Source: Candidatus Poribacteria bacterium (GTDB lineage: Bacteria > Poribacteria > WGA-4E > PCPOR2b). Taken from it: a stretch of DNA of 64,000 nucleotides. Under the pieces are notes generated by a model, which saw only the letters and a list, made by a program, of their open reading frames with translations, searched no databases and was not told the DNA's origin. The DNA is taken from NCBI GenBank assembly GCA_965116925.1, contig OZ220744.1, forward strand, positions 2,528,001 to 2,592,000. Reading direction: 5' to 3'. The translations under genes were made by a program, and so were the position numbers. Shown piece by piece: positions 49,227 to 59,507 of this stretch. The number at the start of each line of letters is the position of its first letter. Position 1 is the stretch's first letter.

Positions 49227-49925
49227 ATGGAAAGATCAGATATTAAAGCGTTAACGTTTGATCTGTTTGGGACAATTTTGGATCTTGGAGGGAGCTTGAT
49301 GCCTTACATCGCGGAGTTCCTAAAGGCGAAGGGGGCGGAGGTGTCGGCGGATCGGTTTTGGGATCAGTGGCGGGCACGGCAACGGATTGAGCAGTATCAG
49401 GACACGCTCGTGATGTTGGGGCATAGCGGGTATCTGGAGACGGTGCGCCGTGCGTTCGTTTATGTGCTCAACCTGAACGGGATTCGGACGACGAGCGATG
49501 AGGTGAAGGATTTCATGGGGGCGTGGGATATGCTCTCTCCGTTTCCAGAGGTGCTTCCGGCGTTGGAACGGCTCAAGTCGCATTATCAGTTGGTGATTTT
49601 GTCGAATGGCGATCCGCATTTCCTTGACCATCTTGCGAAGCGTCGGGTTCGTTGGGATTTTGATGACATTATCTCGGTAACGGATGTCGGTGCGTTCAAG
49701 CCGCACCCCGCGGTCTATCGGTATGCGGCGATTAGTCGGCTCCGACTTAAGGTGGAGGAGTGTTTGATGGTCTCGGCAAATTCGTTTGATGTGATGGGGG
49801 CGAAGGTGTGCGGTTACAGAGCTGCGTTTGTGAATCGGTATGGGTTGCCGTATGAGGATTCGCCGTATTTGCCGGATGTGACGGTTGCGGATTTTACGGA
49901 GTTGGCGGATGGGTTGGTTGATTAG
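49227..49925 (+). CDS. Haloacid dehalogenase type II (HAD superfamily)
   Basis: FDLFGT, LSNG, FKPHP.VY, SAN.FDV.GA. Confidence 0.88.
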   Translation: MERSDIKALTFDLFGTILDLGGSLMPYIAEFLKAKGAEVSADRFWDQWRARQRIEQYQDTLVMLGHSGYLETVRRAFVYVLNLNGIRTTSDEVKDFMGAWDMLSPFPEVLPALERLKSHYQLVILSNGDPHFLDHLAKRRVRWDFDDIISVTDVGAFKPHPAVYRYAAISRLRLKVEECLMVSANSFDVMGAKVCGYRAAFVNRYGLPYEDSPYLPDVTVADFTELADGLVD

Positions 49926-49986
49926 TGCATCGGTTCATTGAATCGGTGAATCCGATGCAACACGAATATATTAGGGAGGTGAGGAG

Positions 49987-50919
49987 ATGATTGGACGCCT
50001 ACGAAGGGTTTCTTTACGTGAGGTGTGGTCCCACGAAGCACACGATTTCACGCCGTGGCTTGCGGAGAACATTGATGTTTTGAATGATGCAATTGACCTG
50101 TCGCTTTCAATCGTAGAACGTGAACGGGCGGCGGGTGATTTCAGCATAGACCTCGTCGCAGAAGATGAGTCGGGGAATCCTGTCATCATTGAAAATCAAC
50201 TTGAGCGGAGTAACCATGACCACCTCGGCAAGCTGATTACCTATTTGACCGCAATTGATGCGAAAGCCGCTATCTGGATTGTCAAGGAAGCTAGACCGGA
50301 ACATATCAGCGCAGTTTCGTGGCTGAATGAATCGTCTTCGGGGTCTTTCTATTTGCTCAAGCTTGAGGCAGTTCGGATTGAAGATTCACCACCCGCGCCG
50401 GTGCTGACACTGATTGTTGGGTCAAGTGAGGAGAGTCAAGAATTTGGAGAGACAAAGAAAGAGCTCAAAGAACGGCATATTCTTCGTCGTCGATTCTGGA
50501 CACAGTTGTTGGAACGGGCTAAAGCAAGTACTCCACTACATGCGAGCACTTCGCCTAACCAGCAAAATTATGTGATGACAGGAGCTGGAAAAACGGGGTT
50601 ATCCTTTCTATATGTTATCCAGCAACATACTTCTGATATAGATCTGTACATTGACCGGGGTAGGGAGGCAGACAACGAAAACGAGGAGATCTTCAATACG
50701 CTTCAAGAAGCTAAGGATCGGATTGAGGCAGCCTTCGGTGAACCGCTCAAATGGCAGCGACTTGAAGGCAAACGTGCCTGTCGAATTAGTAAGCGATTTT
50801 CTCTGGGCGGTTACCGCGACGATGAGGAGAGATGGCCAGAGATACAGGACGCCATGATTGATGGGATGATTCGGTTGGAGGCGGCATTCAAACCTCATAT
50901 TGACAGGTTGCCAGCGTAA
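49987..50919 (+). CDS. DUF4268-domain protein, second paralog
   Basis: HEAHDFTPWL, IDL...IIENQLE..NHDHLGKLITY; FGEPL.WQRL.GKRACRI. Confidence 0.82.
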   Translation: MIGRLRRVSLREVWSHEAHDFTPWLAENIDVLNDAIDLSLSIVERERAAGDFSIDLVAEDESGNPVIIENQLERSNHDHLGKLITYLTAIDAKAAIWIVKEARPEHISAVSWLNESSSGSFYLLKLEAVRIEDSPPAPVLTLIVGSSEESQEFGETKKELKERHILRRRFWTQLLERAKASTPLHASTSPNQQNYVMTGAGKTGLSFLYVIQQHTSDIDLYIDRGREADNENEEIFNTLQEAKDRIEAAFGEPLKWQRLEGKRACRISKRFSLGGYRDDEERWPEIQDAMIDGMIRLEAAFKPHIDRLPA

Positions 50920-50939
50920 CTTTATCATTAATAATGCAA

Positions 50940-51735
50940 GTGCTCACATGTCGCCCCGCTGGGGCTTAGGCTTGTGGGGATTCGATATTTCTATAAACAT
51001 GTCGCCCCGCTGGGGCTTTGAATGCGTAAGGAGAGACGGAACGCAGATCTGCGTTCCCTACGAATGATATTTGCTGATGCGGGTTAGGGGGCGGGCAAGA
51101 TGCCGGACCTACGGGGAGATGTTGGGTGCCTGTCGCCCCCGCTGAGGCTTTGAATCGGGGAAGTTCGATGGTTTTCAATCGGTGCAATCTGTGTAATCCG
51201 TTTAATCCGCGATTCAGACAATCATCGCTCCTCTGGGGCTAGCTGTGATGCGTAAGGAGAGACGGAACGCAGATCTGCGTTCCCTACGAATGATATTCGC
51301 CGATGCGGGTTAGAGGTCGGGTAAGTTCGAGAGGGTCTCCGATGAATCGAGGGCAGGCCCGTGAACGGGGATGCCCAACCTACGGGGATAGTGGTTTTTA
51401 TAGACATTGCGCTCCGCTGGAGTACAGGCGTTGGACATATCGTGATTCTATAGACATATCACTCCGCTGGAGTGAAAGGCACATATATCACCTCGCTGGG
51501 GCTGTGTTGGTTCATTTGTTGGGTTTCGCTTTCGCTCAACCCAACCTACGATTTGTTGAGATTGGTAGGGGCGAGTTTTCCTCGCCCGATGGGTTGGGTG
51601 ACCCAACCCCTACGTTCTAGCTGTAAAGTATCGGGGTTTTTCAATCCGTGCGATCCGCGTAATCCTCTTAATCCGCGATTCAGACAAATTTTTTCTCACG
51701 CATCACGCATCACGTTTCACGTTTCACGTATTCAC
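50940..51735. repeat. Mosaic intergenic repeat block (several REP families); related blocks at ~38060-38535, ~41170-41920 and ~47690-48105
   Basis: Modules GCCCCGCTGGGGC, GGAACGCAGATCTGCGTTCCCTAC (twice), CGCTCCGCTGGAG, GTTGGGTTTC..AACCCAACCTAC, TAATCCGCGATTCAGACAA; ~51505-51690 closely matches ~47768-47947. Confidence 0.85.
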
Positions 51736-51776
51736 TAGGGCTTTGTTAAAAATTCGATTTCAAGGAGGCAATTAAT

Positions 51777-53405
51777 ATGGCATTTCCATCACATGGTGTT
51801 ACGCACCGTCCGACAGTGACGGGGACGCGGGGTATGGTTTCGAGCGCGCATCCACTTGCAAGTCTGGCGGGGGCGCAGATATTACTTCAGGGCGGCAACG
51901 CTTTTGATGCGGTGGTTGCGGTTGCGTCTACCCTTAATGTAACAGAACCGTATATGTCGGGTATTGCTGGCTGCGGTTATATGATGGTTTATAACGCGAA
52001 GGAGGACACAATCCAGGTCCTCGATTATATGGGGACGAGTCCGTATCAGGCGACGCTTGACGCATATTCGGAGCCGGGATCGAATGAGGTTGGGATTCGG
52101 GCGGGTATGATTCCCGCTGCGTGTGGCGGGTGGTTGGCACTCCTCGATCGGTACGGCAGCATGGATCGTGCGGATATCTTCGCACCGGCGATCGGCTATG
52201 CGGAGAACGGCTATGCGGTCACGGCGAAGAACGCTGAGTTCATGGCAGGCGCAGGACCCCGATTTTCGTCAACGGGCGCGAAGATTATCATGTCCCGTGG
52301 GCGGACACCGCGTCCGGGCGAGGTGTTGGTGCAGAAGGAGCTGGCACAGACGTTCCGTAAGGTGGTCGAGGGCGGCGCAGAGGTCTTCTATCACGGTGAG
52401 ATTGCACAGCATATCGCTCAGTTCTTCCAAGAGAATGACGGCTTGATCACGGAGAAGGATCTTGCGGATTTTCAGGTGGATTGGCATGAACCGATCTCGA
52501 CGACGTTCAAGGATTTTAAGATTTTCTGTCCGCCGCCGCCGTGTTCCGGTTTTCAATATCTGGAGACGTTCAATATTTTGGAGAACGATCCGCTCAGTGA
52601 TCTGGGGCATAACTCTGCGGAATATCTCCATCTGCTGATTGAGGCGATAAAGCTCGCCAGCGCAGACCGCGCGGAATACACCTGTGCGGAGAATCCGCCC
52701 ATCACCGGATTGCTCTCTAAAGGTTACGCCGCCGAGCAGCGGAAGCGGATCGGACACCGTGCGGGCGTCGGTGGCGGTGAGCGTTATACGAAGGATAAGC
52801 TGCCGGGCGAGATTCTGCCGGGGAACGCTGCGGAATGGATTAACGAATGCACGACCCATTTCGATGTGGTTGACGGCGAGGGGAATGCGATTGCAGTGAC
52901 GCAGAGTCTTGGCTCCGGTTTCGGCTCTGGCGTCGCGCTCGGTGAGACTGGGATGTTCCTGAATAACTTTATGAACTGGTTTGATCTCCTGCCGGAGAGC
53001 CCGAACGCTATCGGACCACACAAGCAGATCGAAATGTGTATGTCTCCGTGTCAGGTTTGGAAGAACGGGAAATTGTTTGCTGTGATTGGTACACCGGGGA
53101 GCCACGGGATCCTACAGACGACGGCGCAGATGGTGTTGAACCTGATCGAACACGGCATGAATATCCAAGCGGCGATCGAGGCACCGCGTGTGCGGGTTGA
53201 GAGTCCGGGAGCCGCTGTCAGTATGGAGGGGCGCATCCCCGCCGATGTTGTAGCGCAGCTTGAGGCGCGTGGACATGAGCCTAACGTGATGCCTGATTGG
53301 ACGGCTGGTGTTGGCGGCGGTCAGGGGATTGCGGTTGACCAATCGGAGGGTTCGCTTATGGGCGGTGCGGATCCGCGGCGTGATGGGTATTCGATTGGGA
53401 TCTGA
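51777..53405 (+). CDS. ggt: Gamma-glutamyltransferase
   Basis: GGNAFDA, catalytic TTHFDVVD, GTPG, GGADPRRDG. Confidence 0.92.
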   Translation: MAFPSHGVTHRPTVTGTRGMVSSAHPLASLAGAQILLQGGNAFDAVVAVASTLNVTEPYMSGIAGCGYMMVYNAKEDTIQVLDYMGTSPYQATLDAYSEPGSNEVGIRAGMIPAACGGWLALLDRYGSMDRADIFAPAIGYAENGYAVTAKNAEFMAGAGPRFSSTGAKIIMSRGRTPRPGEVLVQKELAQTFRKVVEGGAEVFYHGEIAQHIAQFFQENDGLITEKDLADFQVDWHEPISTTFKDFKIFCPPPPCSGFQYLETFNILENDPLSDLGHNSAEYLHLLIEAIKLASADRAEYTCAENPPITGLLSKGYAAEQRKRIGHRAGVGGGERYTKDKLPGEILPGNAAEWINECTTHFDVVDGEGNAIAVTQSLGSGFGSGVALGETGMFLNNFMNWFDLLPESPNAIGPHKQIEMCMSPCQVWKNGKLFAVIGTPGSHGILQTTAQMVLNLIEHGMNIQAAIEAPRVRVESPGAAVSMEGRIPADVVAQLEARGHEPNVMPDWTAGVGGGQGIAVDQSEGSLMGGADPRRDGYSIGI

Positions 53406-53578
53406 AACGTGATGCGTGAAACGTAAAACGTGAAAGGTTCACGTAAAAAGAAAGTGCAAAATATGAACGAAATCGTAGGGGCGGGGTTTCCCCGCCCGTG
53501 GAACATCCCGATTTATCGAGGCAGTAAGGGTTGGGTGACCCAACCCCTACGAAAACTCGGTTGCTGTTGCACGCTTTC

Positions 53579-53794
53579 TTAACATGAGCCTTTGTTGTTT
53601 GGAATGAGTTTATTCACAATGAGCCGAATATCCTCACGGATAGCCTTAATATCATCGGCAAGGTCATTGATTCGGTTATGTACATCATCAATTCTTTTAT
53701 GTACATCATCAAAACGTTTACCAGTGGATATATGCAATCCAATAATTAGGGCTGATAATGTTCCAATGATCGTGAGTGTTTGAATCCAGTTCAT
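53579..53794 (-). CDS. Small protein with N-terminal TM helix and heptad coiled coil
   Basis: KRFDDVHKRIDDVHNRIND repeats; AAGGAG RBS; TTGACA-N17-TATACT at 53847-53819. Confidence 0.7.
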   Translation of the reverse strand: MNWIQTLTIIGTLSALIIGLHISTGKRFDDVHKRIDDVHNRINDLADDIKAIREDIRLIVNKLIPNNKGSC

Positions 53795-53870
53795 AATGAG
53801 CTCTCCTTTATATTGCAGAGTATACTATGGACTGGTTTTATTGTCAAGAAAGTTGTAAATGGAGGTAAGT

Positions 53871-55772
53871 ATGAGTACATTGATTATTGCGATCTTGAGT
53901 TTTTTCGGGTTTATCGTCGCCTATCATACCTATGGGCGGTGGTTGGCTAGGAAGATCTTTGGGCTTAACCCGGAGGCGGAGGTGCCGAGTCAAGAGTTGC
54001 GGGATGATGTGGACTATGTTCCGACGAAAAAGGAGGTTATCTTCGGACATCATTTCACAAGCATCGCAGGCACGGGTCCCATCGTAGGTCCTGCGATTGC
54101 CGTTTTTTGGGGGTGGCTGCCCGCGCTGCTCTGGGTTGTCCTCGGCTCAATTTTCATCGGTGCGGTTCATGACTTTGGCGCGTTGGTGGTCTCGCTCCGC
54201 AACCGCGGGCAGACGATCGGAGACATCGCGGGACGGATGATCACGCCGCGAGCGAAGCTGCTGTTTTTGGTCATCTTGTTCATGGCGTTGACCGTTGTTT
54301 TGGCTATATTCGGCTTGGTCATTGCGATTATCTTCGCGCTCTATCCGGAATCGGTGCTTTCGGTTTGGATCGAGATTCCGCTTGCGGTCGGCATCGGACT
54401 CTGGATCTATCGGCGGGGTGGAAATATCCTAATCCCCTCCATCATCGCGCTGGGGATTATGTACATTGGAATGGGGGTGGGCGCGTACCTGCTTCCGATT
54501 AGCATTTCGGAATGGTTTGGCATCCCGCTACTGGGACCAACCTTTGCAAATGCGGTGGTTATCTGGACGTTAATCCTGTTTGTGTACTGCTTTATTGCAT
54601 CGGTGCTGCCGGTCTGGACACTGCTCCAGCCGCGTGATTTTATCAATAGCCATGAGTTGATTGTAGCACTAGTCCTGCTGATTGGGGGACTTGCGATTGC
54701 GGGTTTGACGGGGAGAGCGGATCTCTTCGCAGCTGCGCCGGCGATCGCGCCCGATATTCCGCCCGATGCGCCGCCGATTTGGCCCTTCCTTTTTATCACG
54801 ATTGCCTGTGGCGCGATCAGTGGATTCCACTGCATGGTGAGTTCTGGCACCTCTAGTAAGCAGGTCGCTTCGGAGAAGGATGCACAGTATGTCGGCTACG
54901 GTGCGATGTTGCTTGAAGGTGGGCTCGCAGTTATCGTCATTCTCGCATGTTGCGCCGGAATTGGCATGGGACTTTTTGAACGGAGCGGGACCGGAGCCAG
55001 CTACGCTTTTCAGCCCGTGATCAATTCTGAGACGGGGCAGCAGGTTCGGCATCAAGAGGCGTGGCGGACGCGCTATGCAACAACACAAACAGTGACAAAT
55101 CCTGACGGCACAACGCGGACAGTCGGCGGTTGGGCGGGGCATAGCCTTGCGAAGAAGGTGGGGGCTTTTGTTGATGGTGGCGGAAATTTTCTCGCAAGCG
55201 TCGGTATCCCTCTGAAGATGGCGATTGCAATCATGGCGGTGTTGGTGGCAAGCTTTGCCGCGACGACGTTAGATACTGCGACACGAATCCAGCGCTACGT
55301 TATCCAAGAACTCGCGGGTACGATGGGGGTTAAGCCACTCACCAATCGGTACGTGGCGACCGCTCTCGCGCTGTTCTTGGGAGGTGTTGTCGCACTGATA
55401 CCGGGACCCAATGGGCCGGGCAGTGGTGGGTTGATTCTTTGGCCTCTCTTTGGGGCGGTGAATCAGCTGCTGGCGGGTCTCGCTTTTATGGTGACGGTCT
55501 TCTATCTGCTGCGACGGAATTTGCCGGTCTGGTTCGCAGTGATCCCGATGGTGGTGATGTTGATTATGCCGGCGTGGGCGATGTTGTGGCAGATGTTTAA
55601 CCCTGATACGGGGTGGTTGTTCACCGGTAAGTATCTGCTCTTTGCGTTCGGTGTCGCCGTTGAAGCGGTGCAGGTGTGGATGATTGTTGAGGGGTTGATT
55701 ACGTTGCGGACGGCGCGGGGGAATTATCCTGAGCTTCCGCCGCTACACCCGCAGGAGCAGCCGGCTAGCTAG
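53871..55772 (+). CDS. cstA: Carbon starvation protein A family transporter
   Basis: FGHHFTSIAGTGPIVGP, GAVHDF, ACGAISGFH, LWPLFG.VNQLLA. Confidence 0.93.
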   Translation: MSTLIIAILSFFGFIVAYHTYGRWLARKIFGLNPEAEVPSQELRDDVDYVPTKKEVIFGHHFTSIAGTGPIVGPAIAVFWGWLPALLWVVLGSIFIGAVHDFGALVVSLRNRGQTIGDIAGRMITPRAKLLFLVILFMALTVVLAIFGLVIAIIFALYPESVLSVWIEIPLAVGIGLWIYRRGGNILIPSIIALGIMYIGMGVGAYLLPISISEWFGIPLLGPTFANAVVIWTLILFVYCFIASVLPVWTLLQPRDFINSHELIVALVLLIGGLAIAGLTGRADLFAAAPAIAPDIPPDAPPIWPFLFITIACGAISGFHCMVSSGTSSKQVASEKDAQYVGYGAMLLEGGLAVIVILACCAGIGMGLFERSGTGASYAFQPVINSETGQQVRHQEAWRTRYATTQTVTNPDGTTRTVGGWAGHSLAKKVGAFVDGGGNFLASVGIPLKMAIAIMAVLVASFAATTLDTATRIQRYVIQELAGTMGVKPLTNRYVATALALFLGGVVALIPGPNGPGSGGLILWPLFGAVNQLLAGLAFMVTVFYLLRRNLPVWFAVIPMVVMLIMPAWAMLWQMFNPDTGWLFTGKYLLFAFGVAVEAVQVWMIVEGLITLRTARGNYPELPPLHPQEQPAS

Positions 55773-55916
55773 CGATGAAGACGGGAAAACGGGAAAACGG
55801 GAGAACGAGTTGGTTCATTGGTTCACCAGTTCATTGTTATACACATGTCGCCCCTCTGGGGCTTTTTGTTGGTTCGTTGGGCTGATGAAGGTGTTGCTTC
55901 GCATGGTCTACGGATT

Positions 55917-55944
55917 GTAGGGAACGCAGATCTGCGTTCCCTAC
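55917..55944. repeat. Perfect 28-bp GTAG-ended palindrome (REP); identical copy at 59381-59408
   Basis: GTAGGGAACGCAGA|TCTGCGTTCCCTAC; partial copies at ~40555, ~51038 and ~51263. Confidence 0.9.
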
Positions 55945-56021
55945 GAAGATAAACAGATCGCGTTCTACATTTGACTATACAGATACAAGCATCTCTTAAT
56001 GGGGAGGCATAAAGGAGGTTT

Positions 56022-56864
56022 ATGATGCAAGATCAATCATTGCGGTTTCTTGTGGTTAAAGCACATCCACACGATTTTACACACTGTGCTGGCACTTGTG
56101 GCGTTCATGCGTCCCAAGGGGATTCCATCACAGTTGTCAGTATGACCAACGGGATCGGTACGCACAATGAGCGACTCCATGATGAACTGCTCAAGCCGGA
56201 GTCGGAGCAGGATCCTGAGATTATCAATCAGAGTGCTGATGATTACGCGAGACTCAAAGAGGATGAGTTTCGTAAGGTCTGCGCGCTTTTCGGGGTGACG
56301 GATGTACGAATCCTTGATTTCCCAGATAAGCCGTTCCATAACACGCCGGACGCGGTGGAGGCACTCCGACAGATTATCTATGATGTGCGTCCGCATGTGT
56401 TGATCACGCAGCGACCGCACCTGAGCGGACGGAACGCCATGGCTTCTGGGGCGCACAATGATCACGACGAAACTGCATTTGCCATCATGGAGGCGCAGGG
56501 GTTGGCGGGCACGCCGGATTACGGCAGCCGTCAGCGGCCTCACACGATCGCAGCGACCTACTATCCGGGTGTCTATTATATGCCGGACGAGATCGACTTC
56601 TATGTGGACATCTCGGACTGGAAGGAGCAGCGGGTTGAGGCGGAGATCCTGTTCAGCAGTCAAGGGCATACCGAAACCTTCGCCCGGAAGCGGATTGAGA
56701 TTCATACAGGTCATGCGGGTTGGTACGCTGGGACGGGCTATGCGGAGGGATTTGTCCGTGGTGCGCCGGAGGTCTTGTCGCGGATTCATGTGCCGGAAAC
56801 CGCGCTGCGACGGGCTTCGGAGCCGCGTCAGAATCACCTAAAACGTCTTGCGGGTGAGCTTTAA
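56022..56864 (+). CDS. PIG-L/LmbE-family deacetylase
   Basis: AHPHD (variant of AHPDD), MTNG, HNDH, YVDIS, AEGF. Confidence 0.8.
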   Translation: MMQDQSLRFLVVKAHPHDFTHCAGTCGVHASQGDSITVVSMTNGIGTHNERLHDELLKPESEQDPEIINQSADDYARLKEDEFRKVCALFGVTDVRILDFPDKPFHNTPDAVEALRQIIYDVRPHVLITQRPHLSGRNAMASGAHNDHDETAFAIMEAQGLAGTPDYGSRQRPHTIAATYYPGVYYMPDEIDFYVDISDWKEQRVEAEILFSSQGHTETFARKRIEIHTGHAGWYAGTGYAEGFVRGAPEVLSRIHVPETALRRASEPRQNHLKRLAGEL

Positions 56865-57183
56865 GGCGTGAAACGTGACGCGTGATGCGGATATTGACAA
56901 CATCTTCTACGCTAACTGATTCCGGTTCTTCCGTCGGTGGCTGCCTCAATGAATATTGGCTTGACCTCTTTTGGCAAGGGTGGTATAGTAGCACGGGTTG
57001 ATGCCCATTACCCCGCTAGTTTAATTGAAGGCGGGAAAATGAGAAAACGAGAAAACCTGATCTAACCGTGGATACGCGGAGAAAAGTATTAGGTGTCGAG
57101 ATATGAATCTCGACCTACGGATTGTCATCATTGACGTGGGTTTGGGGTCGGGCAAGATGCCCGACCTACGGGTGTATTATAGG

Positions 57184-57505
57184 TTGACCTACTCCCAAAG
57201 TTGAAACATTGGGATTCTTATACTTTGAGAGTTCTTTAACGGACTTACGGGTGCGCCCCGTTAAGGAGTGCCCCTGCCGTATATCTGCTTCGGCGAGGTT
57301 TGCCTCGTACTACTGTTGAGGACTTACTACCTCTCCACAGACGTTTTACGTCTTGGCGTGTCCCGCCACGACGGTTAGATTTTGGACTTGGTTTTCGTCC
57401 GTATGCGGTATGGATAACCGCTTACGCCCCAATCCCCTCATATCACTGAAGAGAACGGGAGACTCTACAAGGTGTAGAGGTGATATTCTCCCGCTTTTAG
57501 GACGT
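57184..57505 (-). ncRNA. Putative TnpB omega-RNA (reRNA)-like structured RNA
   Basis: ACCGTCG..GGGACACG..AACGTCTGTGGAGAG..GTAAG..CTCG..GAAGCAG..GAATCCC..GGGAGTAGGTCAA resembles tnpB 3'/right-end scaffolds; several hairpins; upstream promoter. Confidence 0.55.
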
Positions 57506-57511
57506 AACAGA

Positions 57512-57540
57512 ATTATACCACTTATGAGTCCTAAAATCAA
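57512..57540 (-). promoter_or_regulatory. Near-consensus extended sigma70 promoter inside the element
   Basis: TTGATT-N17-TATAAT with a TG extension. Confidence 0.7.
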
Positions 57541-57617
57541 CTAAAATTAACCCGTTTGACCCAACGCTAAAGCATTGGGATTGTTTCCAGTATTTTCATT
57601 AGAAAGGATAGAAATAT

Positions 57618-59270
57618 ATGACAGGTAATCAAGCGATTGCTAAGATTCTTAAGGCTGAAGGTCTCGATTGGTTCGCGTGTTTCCCGCACCATACACTAAT
57701 AGACGCGGCTGCGAAAGAGGGGATGAGGCCAATTCTCTCGCGCCAAGAGCGAGCGGGTGTGAACATGGCTGACGGGTATAGTCGCATTATGTGCGGTAAC
57801 CGCATCGGTGTGTTCATGATGCAATCCGGTCCGGGGGCTGAGAACGCCTTTGGTGGTGTCGCGCAAGCTTATGCTGATTCGGTGCCGATACTGCTCCTGC
57901 CCGGAGGACCACCTCTTTCGGGTGTGGGTATGCATCCGGGCTTCGTTTCGTACCGGAACTACGGTGGAGTTACCAAGTGGACGGAGTATATTAATCAGGC
58001 GGATCGCATCCCCCAACTGATGCGGATGGCGTTCACTCGGATGAAACATGGGAGACCGGGACCGGTACTTTTGGAGATTTCTTCAGATGCTGCGAGTCAG
58101 GAAATTCCGGATAGTGCTTTCAACTATGAACCGGTGCAGGTGCACAAATCGGCGGGGGATCCCGATGATGTCCGCGATATGGTTACTGCTTTGCTCAACG
58201 CGTCAAACCCTGTTATCAGCGCGGGCAGGGGTATACTGTACGCCGAAGCGACGGATGAGTTGGTCACGCTGGCAGAGTTGACGAACATTCCTGTGCTGAC
58301 TACCTTACAAGGTAAGAGTGGCTTCCCTGAGGACCATCCTTTGGCGTTGGGCGTGGCAGGAAGTAGTGGCACTCAGATGGTGGGTCACTTTCTGAGGCAG
58401 ACGGACTTTGTGCTTGGTATTGCAACGACGCTGAGTAGCGGTTACAGCCCGCAGATACCGTCTGGTATTACTGTGGCTCAGATTACTAATTCGATCGAAG
58501 ATCTGGGCGTACATCATCGGTTGGCTCATGGTGCTGTCGGCGATGCGAAGTTGGTGCTGCAACAAATGATTGAAGAGGTAAAACGGCAGATTGGTGAGCA
58601 GGGTAGAGATGATGTAAACGGTGTGGTGAACGAGATTCGCAAGGTGAAAGCGGAGTGGCTTGCCTCTTGGCGTCCGCGACTCGAATCGGATGAGGTTCCG
58701 ATGAACGAGTATCGTGTTCTCAACGAACTTCACAAAGCGGTGGATGTGTCGAATACTATTGCGACGCACGACGCGGGTTATCCGCGAGATCGGATGTGTC
58801 CGTTCTGGACGACCGACGCTCCAAATACCTATATCGGTTGGGGCAAGTCGACGCAGTTGGGCTATGGACTGGGGCTGGCACTCGGTGCGAAGATGGCGGC
58901 ACCTGAGAAATTAGTCGTGAATGTAATGGGAGATGCCGCCTTCGGTATGGCAGGATTGGATATTGAGACGGCGGCACGGTCTGAGATTCCGATATTGACC
59001 GTCGTTCTGAACAACGGTATAATGACTCACTACGATCAAAATATGCCGTATGCGACAGAACATTGGGAAAGCAACAAGTTGTCCGGTGATTATGCCAAGG
59101 TAGCCGAAGGTTTGGGTGCCTTCGCCGAAACGGTTGAGACGCCGGACCAGCTGCCCGGTGCGATCGCACGTGCGATTGCTGCGACGAAGGAGGGACGCCC
59201 CGCTTTGCTACAAACGATGACCTGTGGAGAGGAGACAGTTTCTCGCTACCAAGACTCGGCCGGTTATTAG
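57618..59270 (+). CDS. Thiamine pyrophosphate-dependent enzyme (acetolactate synthase-like family)
   Basis: RQERAG..MADGY, GRPGPV, GDAAFGM...NNG. Confidence 0.88.
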   Translation: MTGNQAIAKILKAEGLDWFACFPHHTLIDAAAKEGMRPILSRQERAGVNMADGYSRIMCGNRIGVFMMQSGPGAENAFGGVAQAYADSVPILLLPGGPPLSGVGMHPGFVSYRNYGGVTKWTEYINQADRIPQLMRMAFTRMKHGRPGPVLLEISSDAASQEIPDSAFNYEPVQVHKSAGDPDDVRDMVTALLNASNPVISAGRGILYAEATDELVTLAELTNIPVLTTLQGKSGFPEDHPLALGVAGSSGTQMVGHFLRQTDFVLGIATTLSSGYSPQIPSGITVAQITNSIEDLGVHHRLAHGAVGDAKLVLQQMIEEVKRQIGEQGRDDVNGVVNEIRKVKAEWLASWRPRLESDEVPMNEYRVLNELHKAVDVSNTIATHDAGYPRDRMCPFWTTDAPNTYIGWGKSTQLGYGLGLALGAKMAAPEKLVVNVMGDAAFGMAGLDIETAARSEIPILTVVLNNGIMTHYDQNMPYATEHWESNKLSGDYAKVAEGLGAFAETVETPDQLPGAIARAIAATKEGRPALLQTMTCGEETVSRYQDSAGY

Positions 59271-59507
59271 AGTGGGAGGAGGCGCGTTCCATATTTTCCC
59301 CAGGCCCGGTAGGTGCGGTTTTTAACCGCACCGGGCATCGCTGGGAAATTACCGAATTAAAATAGGAGTTACGCACTTCAGTAGGGAACGCAGATCTGCG
59401 TTCCCTACGAGCTCCTTGAGGGTGTTTCGGCTTAGTTGCCCAATTTATCGGGCGGTGTCCTGTAACGATTGAACAGACTAGTCTGAACGCTGGAGAAAGA
59501 GGTGGAA

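Larger units (their letters stand above)
57184..57590 (-). mobile_element. Non-autonomous IS200/IS605-type element with no tnpA or tnpB ORF
   Basis: Two related subterminal hairpins in the same orientation: AATCCCAATGCTTTAGCGTTGGG and GAATCCCAATGTTTCAACTTTGGGAGTAGGTCAA, the latter ending in TCAA; left boundary approximate. Confidence 0.65.

Noticed and set aside
56888..56990. Possible decayed LRR-module junction on the minus strand (IPPL...EEPESVSVEDVVNI)
   Set aside because: Needs frameshifts and the similarity is too short to support.
57346..57544. 64-aa and 63-aa ORFs as a TnpB or TnpA remnant
   Set aside because: No RuvC, Zn-finger or HUH motifs; they overlap the promoter and RNA stems.
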